Assembly: GCF_009914755.1 (NCBI RefSeq)
Contig: NC_060928.1
Reading direction: 5' to 3' (one strand)
Origin: the human T2T-CHM13v2.0 reference genome, Homo sapiens
Length of the DNA: 64,000 nucleotides
Below, piece by piece: positions 54,237-64,000 of this stretch. Under the pieces are notes generated by a model, which was given only the letters and a program-made list of their open reading frames with translations, did no database searches and had not been told where the DNA came from. Within the stretch, counting starts at the first letter, position 1. The number at the start of each line of letters is the position of its first letter. The position numbers were made by a program, and so were the translations under genes.

Positions 54237-56282
54237 AATAATCATTTTCACTGTCACAGATACATCTATAAACTGCTGAAAATTACACAGGAAAATACAT
54301 TTGTAAATTGAATTTTTATAAATTAAATTACATTTTTATTACAATAGTAGGTCTCTGTATTTTAGAAAATGAAGACTCTGTCTGTATTAGTAATAATTTT
54401 TCTCTAGTTACTCACTTTATTCCACAGCTCCCTAGCTTCCTTATGTATAAAGGCCATTTACTTGACAGGCTCGATTCAATTTCTGTAGCAAGTGCTCATT
54501 TCATAAAGAGTATTGGAGTTACCTATGTGTCACTCTATTGACCATTCTGAAAATTTGTTATTATCATGGCCTGAGGTGTTATATTTATATAATCCGGTAT
54601 TGAAATTGGGTTTACATCATTAAGCTTTGGACTGTTTGGGTAAAACAGAAAACAAACAAAAAAAACTTCTTTTTCTTCTTCCTGTATTGTTCATCATCAA
54701 AGGACAAGAGTCTGTTTCAACACTATGGCATTTGGGAATTTAAAGAAAAAAGTCTAGAAGATTCTTGAGTGTTGAAATAGCTTGTACCTTCTGATTATTT
54801 GACAAAACTTTTTTTTTTCCCCTGAGGTCACAGACATAATGTAGTTCTTAATGTGAAACAAATACTTGACTTAGAAAAACTTTTTAAGATATAGGTTTAA
54901 TGGAAGACTTTAATGTCCTAGTTTATTTAATTAAAGAGTTATGTTTGCTTATGCAGTTTTTCTTTTAAGCAGACTTTTCAGTGTGTGAATGTTCATCATT
55001 TTTCTTAAATATGCAGAAACATATCTCATATAGTTCTGAAAATGTAGTCTAATTCTGATATCTGACGAAAACACTGCTGAAAACGTAATACATTTTAGTG
55101 CATTAAGATATGTTAGATTTACTTACTGCTTACCTCGTCCTTTTTGAAAAGGACAAATTATTTTATGTATTGAAAGTTCTATTAATATTTATGAAATCAT
55201 TATAATTAAGTGCAAAAGTCTCTAAAGAAAAGTACATGGAATTAGTAGCACTTTGGTGAGATTTCCATTGTATTAAATGCCCACACCATATCATTCACGA
55301 GTTTTCCACCTGATTTTCTTGCATGAATGTGGAACCCTTTCTGTCTGTGTGCTAAATTGGAACAAAAGTTTTCTGACTGATTATAATTTATTTCAATTAT
55401 AATGGCTATCTTTAGCGACAAATTGTTTAAGCCAAAGGAAATTACTTAACAGAAATAGAAACAAATTAATTGTTTGCAAGACAATCTAAAGAGAACGTTA
55501 GCTCTATTTTGTTGATAGTGAATATTGCACTCAGAAGCTATTAATCCTGAGAGAAATGATAACTGTATGTATCCTTATTAATCAAATACCATTAGGTCTC
55601 CCTTTTGAATGGGTTCCTATGGATATGTATGTGGAAGAGGTTCAAGAAAGACAACAGTTTTTAATCACTAACTAAGATCATTGCCCTCAAATCCTAACCT
55701 GGTTCTCGTACTTTAGTGTGCTGAGCCATGTGTAAACATCAAGGACATTTTAGCTCAAGGTCAGGTGTGAAGCCAACCTGAGTATCATTGCTTCTTTTCC
55801 CCAGATTAGTTCAAAGGAGACACATTAGAAAGGGGCCACTTTCAGACCCTGGCCTACTAAACCAGCTGCACTGAAGTGAAGAAGGGGTGGGAAAGACACA
55901 CAAAGGGACAAGCAAGGAAAGATCAGAAATACGACAGCAACTGACCTCACGTGGTTCTATTTATATTTTTCTTTCTTCTCTTATAAACTCTCTTCCTCTG
56001 GCTGGCCAATTTTTGAGTCCTGGTGGACCCCATATTCTCTTTGATAACAAAACATATCCTTCTTGAGATTTCATCGTGATGGATGGGAGAGAGTGATTAT
56101 TTCAACTCTCTTATATAGCAAGTCACCCAAACATGAGAACTAGAAAGCATCTTATTCAACACTTTAATTTTACCAGTGATGAGTTTTAAGGTTTATAGAA
56201 TTTTATATGCTTTTCTAAATTCACAAAACTATTTTAACTTGAATTCACCATGTTGCTCAGTTCTGATATTATTTTTCTAGAC

Positions 56283-56579
56283 TTTTTTTTTTTTTTTTTT
56301 GAGATGGAGTCTTGCCCTTTCACCCAGGCTGGAGTGAAGTGGCACGATCTTGGCTCACTGCAACCTCCTCCCCGCAGGCTCAAGTGATTCTCCTGCCTCA
56401 GCCTCCTGAGTAGCTGGGACTATAGGCGCCTCCCACTGCACCGAGCTAATTTTTGTATTTTTAGTAGAGATGGGTTTTCGCCATGTTGGCCAGGCTGGCC
56501 TCGAACTCCTGACCTAGTGATCCCCTGTCTCAGCCTCCCAAAGTGCTGAGATTACAGGTGTGAGCCACCATGCCCAGCC
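56283..56579 (-). mobile_element. Alu with TSD
   Basis: Full Alu; tattttt(ct/cc)agact on both sides. Confidence 0.92.
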
Positions 56580-58895
56580 TATTTTTCCAGACTTTCTCAT
56601 TGAGTCCCTAACTGAGACTCAGTTCTTGCAGGAAACTACATAGTACAAGGTAAATAAAGTTGTGTTTTAAGTTCCCAAGAGAAGCTGTGGAATTCCAGCC
56701 CTATATAAATAAGAAAGGAAATAGGATGATCTACAAGTTTCTGTTCTAGTTCAAATCATTCTATTCTACTACTCAAAGAAGTGGCTGAGGGTATCACCGG
56801 CTGATCGTGGCCTCTCAGTCACTGCCCTGGGCAGTAATCAAGTCACTTCTCCTTTCCTTCTCCTAGGTTATTGGGGATTCTTTTCTTTTTTCAAAATATT
56901 CATCCTCTGTTTTGTTTTTATGAGTTTTTCCCCCCTAAGGAATAACAGCAGAATTTAGAATGCAGTCTTATAAACAAGAGACACATATAATATATTTTAC
57001 TGCTAACTATTATGAAACAAAATATGTAGTGAAAAGAAAACAGAAGTCATGGTTCTGGACAAATTATGAATAGTTTATAAATTCAAAATCACAGTCCTCT
57101 GCTTCTTAAGCCCTAGTGTACAGGAGAATTTCCTGGAGTGTTTGTTGAAAGCTTAGCTTCCAAGCACGTCTCCAGAGCCTGAGGCCCAGCAATGTACATT
57201 TTAAATAAAATTCCTACTGGCCTCACCATGGCCAGGTAGTTCTGGCTAGATAATATTCTAACAAAACTTCTTGGAACATTGTCTTTTCATGCAGTAGGTG
57301 AAAATTCTCCTGACAGGGGTGATTCTTGAAGCCACGTGATATAATTCATATGCTAACTCAAAGTATGTTTGGCTCATCATAACTATTATATCTGGTGGAA
57401 TTCTCAGTCCTTTCCAAAGCCTCCCTTCTGGTTGCTCCTCTGGTTATTGTATTATGTTATTATTATAAAATCTCTTTTTTGCCAACCAGATTACTTTCCA
57501 TTTTAATTTATTCACCTCTCCTACTGTTTCAGCTTTTTAATGAAAAACTTGAAATAGATGATCTCTAAATACTCTCCTGCTCCTGAAAGGCTGTAATTCT
57601 AGGATTCTGCCTAGTCAATTAATAGAATAACTCATAGTTGACAGTGGTGAAACCGAGATGATGATGGTAGCAGGTCAGAAATTTCCAGCCCTAAAACAAA
57701 AATAAGACACGTAAGTCAATGTGGGTGTTGTTTTAGAAGCAGAGCAATCCTTATTTTGCTCTAAGTAACCTTTACTATTGTTATTTCATTGATTACCTAT
57801 ACCAGAACTTTACCCAAATGATAAAATATGAAGTTTATGCATGGGGGTCTATTTATTTACAAAATTTACATATTTCATTTTTTAACTTTACTGTTATATA
57901 AATAAAATAGGGGATTGCATAAATAGTACAGATTTACAGATTGGGAAACGGAGGCACAAATGTCACACATTCCACAATTTAATAACATAATTAAAATTGG
58001 AACTCAAACTCTTAATATGTATAGTCTGGAAGGAAATTTTCAAGTGCACTGATAGAATACTTATAAGGTTACAGTGTTCCTCGGTGTCTAAAGGGCTCTA
58101 TTTGAGTGTAGTGCACGAAGTCAGGCTGTCAAATATCCTGTTGTGTTCCAAATACCTTGCACACCTAAGGATTGCTGCACTCCTCTTGCTATTTATGCCT
58201 TCGTTGTAAAATAATGCAAGAGGCCAGACCTGCTTCCATCCACACATGAACTCTCTTGCTCTATGTCTACATTCTTCAGAAAAATACAGCAGAATCATGT
58301 CTTTTGGAGTTTGTTTTCTACAGTGAAAAATACCAATGCATTGTATAACACTGTCATTAGATCAACCTTGGATTCTCTATGCCACTTAACTGTTGCAACT
58401 CAAAGGAAATAGATGCCTTATTAAATCCACGTTATATTAGCTTATTAGTCTTTTGAAAGTATGGAAAAAGCAGGTTCATTTTTATCTTTTAAAAAATTTT
58501 GTGAGTAGGTATTGCAATAGATTTTTAATAGTAAAATTTCAAGAGAGAGAGGTATTACTTTTGCAGTGCTGACAAGAAAATTTAAGGAGTTGTGGACTAC
58601 TCATCACTCACAGTGAAACACCACAGCTATTTAAGTTAACTGAATTTCAAATGACAAAAAGAACAAAAATAAGGTAACTATTAATAATCATAACCAAGAA
58701 TGTGGCTAATGCTATTAAAATTTAATGAAAAAATATGTATTTAATAAAATAAATACTGGGTTCCTAATCAAGGTAATATAATGAACTAATATTGTAATAT
58801 CTCTTTTAATATACTTATTGGTAATACCTAAGAGCTAATTTATAATATTCCTTCTATATTATAAACTCTCTTTATATTAGCAGGCACAAGATTAT

Positions 58896-58923
58896 AACTA
58901 TATATATATATATATATATAGTT
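58896..58923. repeat. (TA)11 palindromic microsatellite
   Basis: aac(ta)11gtt is a perfect 28-bp palindrome. Confidence 0.9.
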
Positions 58924-59580
58924 TTCTTAAGGTACAAGATAACTGAATAAAGACACAAATTTAAAAATAAAACAAGTCCCATACCCATGTAATTCCTACT
59001 CAAAGTGTTAAATAGAGAATGAAACATTGTTTCTGGACTCAAATTATATTTTTCTTGAAGAAAGATATTTGAAGAACCTCTTCCAATTTTGCATAAAGCA
59101 AAAGAATGTAGATTAATAAAATAGGATTTGTTAGAAATTATTCAAAGCTGGTCAAAAAATTCAACTATTGTCAGCATTTTGAGGTTTATATTTATTTTTA
59201 AAGTCAGAAGTCATAATACTTTATCTATGTATTTTTCTATGTTTACTATTGTTTAAACTCTTAGCATGCATAATTGCTTTACACTTTTCACCCATATATT
59301 TATTGACAGTAATAACTCCTGGGGCATTAGGAATCAGCTGAAACCTTTCAAACAATTGCATTAAAAGGCATAAAACATACATATGAAGACTTGTTATATT
59401 GGTACCAAGAGCCACTCTTTTTATCTGAAGATTTTGTGTGAAGACAAAAAATGATCAGAGAGCTTAGGAAATAGAGTTAGTTTTCAATCCCTATGGAGAT
59501 AGGCTGTCATTAGGAAAGGGTTCACAGGGAACAATTTGCTTCATAAACTAGGTGGAATCATTTTTATGCCATTTTATACA

Positions 59581-61950
59581 TAGGCATACCTCAGAAATAT
59601 TGTGGATTCAGTTCCAGACCATCACAATAAAGAAGTCACATCATGTTTTTTTGTTTCCCAGGGCATAAAAAAGTTATGTTGCACTATAGTGTACTCTATT
59701 AAGTGTGCAATAGCATTATGTCTAAAAAACAATGTCCATACCTTAATTAAAAACACTTCATTGCTAAAAGAAAAATGCTAAGAAGCATCCAAGGCTTCTG
59801 CGAGCCATAATCTTTTTGCTAGTAGAGAATCACACCTCAATGTTGATTCTGCTGACTGATCATGATGATGGTTGCTGAAGGCTGGGATGTCTGTATCAAT
59901 TTTTTAACATAAGACAACAATGAAGTTTGCTACGTCGATTGCCCCTTCGTTTCATGAAATATTTTACTGTGGCATGCAATGCTGTTTGATAGCATTTTAT
60001 CCACTGTAGAACTTCTTTCAACATTGGAGTCAAAATTCTAAAACCCAGACACTGCTTTATCTACTAAATTTATGTAATATTCTAAATTTTTCGTTGTCAT
60101 TTCAATACTGTTCATAGCATCTTTGCCAGGAGTAAGGTCCAAAAGAAACAACTTTTTTTTCCCTCATCTATAAGAAGCAACTCCTCATCCATTCAAGGTT
60201 TCTCATGAGATTGCAGCAATTCAGTCACATATTCAGGATCCACTTCTAATTCTAGTTATCTTGCTACTTCCACCATATCTCAGTTCCTTCCTTTACTAAA
60301 GTCTTGAACCCCACAAAATCATCCATAAGAGTTAGATCAACTTGTACCCAAGTCCTGCTAATAATAATTGGACCTCCTGCCATGAATCACAAATGTTCTT
60401 ATGGCATCCAGAATGGTGAATTCCTTCTACAAGGTTTTAAATTTACTTTGTTCAGATCCAACAGAGGAGTCACCATCTATGGTAGCTATAACCTTACAAA
60501 ATATATTTCTTTAATAATAAGACTTGAAAGTCAAAATTACTTCTTGATTGATGGGCTGCAGAATGGATGTTTATTAGCAGGCATAAAAACAACATGAGTC
60601 TCCTTGTACATCTGCATCAGAGCTCTTGGGTGAACAGATATATTGTCACTAAGCAGTAATATTTTGAAAGAATCTTTTTTTTCTAGCAGTAGGTCTCAAA
60701 ATTGGGTTTCAAATATTCAGTAAGTCATGATGTACACAGATGTGCTTTCATCCGGGCTTTGCTCTTCCACTTCTAGAGCACAGGCAGAGTAGATTTAGCA
60801 TAATTCTTAAGGACCCTAGGATTTTCAGAGTAGTAAATGAGCATTGGCTTCAACTCAAAGTCACCAGTTGCATCACCCACTAACAAGAGAGTCAGCCTGT
60901 CCTTTGAAGTTTTGAAGCCAGGCATTGACTTCTCCTATGTAGCTAGGAAAGTCCAAATGGCATCTTCTTCCAATAGAAGGCTGGTTCGTTTACAGTGAAA
61001 ATCTTTTTTTTCAGTGTAGCCACCTTCATCAATGAGCTTAGCTAGATCAGGATAGCTTGCTTTAGCTTCTACGTTAGCACTTGGTGCTTCATCTTGCACT
61101 TGGAGACACCTTCTTTTCATAAACTTCATGAACCAACCCCTGTAGTTTCAAACTTTTCTTCTGAAGCTTCCTCAGCTTCTCAGACTTCAAAGAATTGAAA
61201 AGAGTTAGGGTGGCTCTGGATTAGGTTTTGGCTTAAGGGAATATTGTGACTGGTTTGATCTTCTATCCAGACCACTGAAACTTTCTCCGTATCAGCAGTA
61301 AAGCTGTTTCACTTTCTTATCATTCTTGTGTTCACTGGAATAGCACTTTTAATTTCCTTCAAGAACTTCTTTGCATTCACAACTTGACTAACGGTTTGGT
61401 GCAAGAGGACTAGCTTTTGGCTTATTTCAGCTTTCAACATGCTTTCCTCGCTAAACTTAATTATTTCTAGCTTTTGATTTAAAGTGGGAGATGCAACTTT
61501 TACTTGAATACCTAGAGGCCATTGTAAGGTTATTAATTGGCCTAATTTAAATATCATTGTGTCTCAGGTGTGGGTGGGGGGAGCCCAAGAAGGAGAGAGG
61601 TGAGGGAATGACCAGTTGGTAGAGTAGTTAGAAGACACACAACATCTATTGCTTAAGTTTGCCATCTTATATGGGTGCAGTTCTAGGTACCCCAAAACTA
61701 TCATAATAGTAACAACAAAGATCACCGATCACAGATCATAACAGATCTAATATTAATAATAATGAAAAAGTTTGAAATATTGCAAGAGTTATCAAAATGT
61801 GAGACAGAGACACAAAGTCACACATGCTTTTCGAAAAAATGGTGCTCATAGACTTGCTTGATGCAGGGTTGTCACAAATCTTAAATTTGTAAAAAATGCA
61901 GTATCTGTGAAGCACAATTGAGCGACGGGCCATATAATAAGGCGTGCTTG
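59581..61950 (-). mobile_element. Near full-length Tigger1 DNA transposon with disrupted pogo-type transposase
   Basis: Decayed TIRs (taggcatacc / ggcgtgcttg); ORF pieces [25 protein letters not shown]...[18 protein letters not shown] (61309-61557) and QDEAPSANVEAKASYPDLAKLIDEGGYT (60935-61129) match Tigger1 transposase; stops and frameshifts. Confidence 0.92.
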
Positions 61951-64000
61951 TGTTATTCATTTGACTCTTAGGGTAGAATAAGAACGTTTCCTTTTTTTCC
62001 AGCTGGTAATCATTAATATGTATTTGCTAGAATAAATACTATGCCTTGTAACCTCATTCCTCTATTTTATATTTGGATTTTTCATCTCAGTTAAAAGACA
62101 AGAGTAGAGGTACTATAGGCTGCTTTACATTGTACTCCACTTCCTCTCTCTTTTCTCTCAACCTATAAAAAGATGATGGGGAAGCAGAATATCTGGCATG
62201 AATCACTGCAGTATGGCTGTGATATATCTTTGTTTTATTTTTATGTTTTAAACATGAAATTCTGAATAAAAGGAATGGTCCCTTTTGTGATGTGAAGAAT
62301 CAGCACTTAGAATCAGCATCGTTTAATTCTATTGAATCTCGCCACTCATCCTGTTTGCAGTGTGTTTTCCATTTATGCTGGGCGATTGGAAAAGAAGGCT
62401 GCCTTCATGTGATTTTATTCCCTACGTATTTAACATGGGAGAGGATGTATTGATAACATATGGCTTTAAACAGCTTAGTGTTCAGCCTCATTTTGACATT
62501 CCTCCTCATGAGAATATCTTTTGTTTTCTTTATCTGTGGTTTGGTAGAAAATCAAAAAAACATTTATCTCAAAGCCAATATGTATTGACTACTTCATACA
62601 CATCATTTCCTTACAGGTTAATGTATTAGATTAGTTATTATCCCCTATTGACAGGTGATGAAAATGAAACTCAGATAGGAAATAAAGTAACCAAGGTCAC
62701 CTACCAAGTAAATAGTGAAGAGGGCATTTAAAACCAAGTGCCTGACTGTAACCTGTTGTTGAACTGCAGCTGGGCACTCTACATTTGCCATTGGCTTCTG
62801 GATACACAAAAAGTTACTTAGCCAGTTAAATGAATCTTACAGTTTCACCTGGCTCTCCTGATGAACTTTAACTATTGTCTACCAACCACACCCACTTTCA
62901 GCTTTTATTCAACAAAGCTGCACCTGAGTGCATGATTCTCTGAGAACAGGAACAAAAACATTTTCTTCACTATATACAACATCATAAATGCAAGTCATTT
63001 TTCTCTCTCTCTCTCTCTATCTCACCAGTTACCAATCTCTTTCTCTTACATCCATGGAGATTTTGTTCTTTCTTGTCTCTTATTTGTAAGGAGAGGTGTA
63101 GCATTCCAAATAAAAATGAAGTCCTTTATACAAGGATGCAATCTCTGGTTTACCACCATTAACTCTGAATTTATTTTAAGCTGCTATAGTGATGAGTATT
63201 TGATAACACTACATCATCCACAACTTAGAAGAAGCATTTTTTGGTATGTTACTTCTGTGATTTGGTTAGGATATGTGGTTTGGACACAGTGATCATAATA
63301 GGTATATATAGAAATTGAAAAAAATAGCCATATTAACTCTTTTAGCTCATTAAGACCTTCTCTGTTTTTTGAATGAAAATTGTAATCTTCTGAAAGTACA
63401 ATTTGAATTTCTTCATTATCTCATACAAAAGGTAACAAAATATTTGCTGACATAAAATCATTATTTTTGCTGTTCAGAACATTAGAAATCTTTATACAAA
63501 CCTTCAACTTTACAGTGGCCATTTCCTAAACTTGTTTCATTAACCTAGGAACTTAGAGATGACATTAAGTATAATTTTATATATCAAAGAGTAATGAAGA
63601 CTTGGACTCAAGTCAAATTAATATTTTTATAATGAAAATGATCTGTGAGACAGCATGCCACATAGAAAGCTTTCTGGCTTTCTAATTTGTAGTGGTGCTA
63701 TTTCTTATGATGAGTTTTTTATTTAATTTAAAATAGTACAGGGCACGTACCTGGTATATACATCCATTTGGTTAACATTAAATTATGGTTAATTTATTTG
63801 CTATATCTAATCTATCAGGTTGTCATTTACATTCAGTGATGACAAGAAAACTATTATTTTTATTACATAAAAGCAAAGGCTTTTTCCCCCAAGTGTTTGT
63901 TGTAGACAATAAAAGTATAAATATTCAAGTTATGAAACAAAATTTCTCGTCATTCAATGGTTCATTTTTATAGAGCACTTCAATTAGTGATTAAAATCAA

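Overview
This is mammalian, primate-type DNA, almost certainly human: AT-rich and dense in Alu, L1, LTR and DNA-transposon relics. The only protein-coding sequence I can support is coding exon 1 of cathepsin O (CTSO) on the minus strand (8605-8471), which sits in a CpG island. Bases 1-8470 are CTSO intron 1 (I could not find exon 2 in the window), and the remaining ~55 kb are upstream intergenic DNA. Most ORFs in the track are spurious or come from repeats. The exceptions are decayed transposon ORFs: an L1 ORF2p endonuclease fragment and a Tigger1 transposase. The most unusual structure is at 15378-15743, about 7 kb upstream of CTSO. It is a young, heavily 5'-truncated L1 insertion with a 15-bp target-site duplication (TSD), and its 5' part is a 116-bp inverted copy of the adjacent flank. 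The result is a near-perfect palindrome (115/116 identity, 20-nt spacer) with microhomology junctions and L1-like scraps in the spacer. Other observations are a 4x9-bp in-frame repeat encoding the CTSO signal peptide, a nested MSTA/LTR12/Alu element whose CCAAT-rich LTR points toward CTSO, and several local duplications and deletions. Repeat subfamily names come from my recollection of consensus sequences, not from a database search. Boundaries are approximate unless TSDs or terminal repeats are quoted. I do not see a new gene system.
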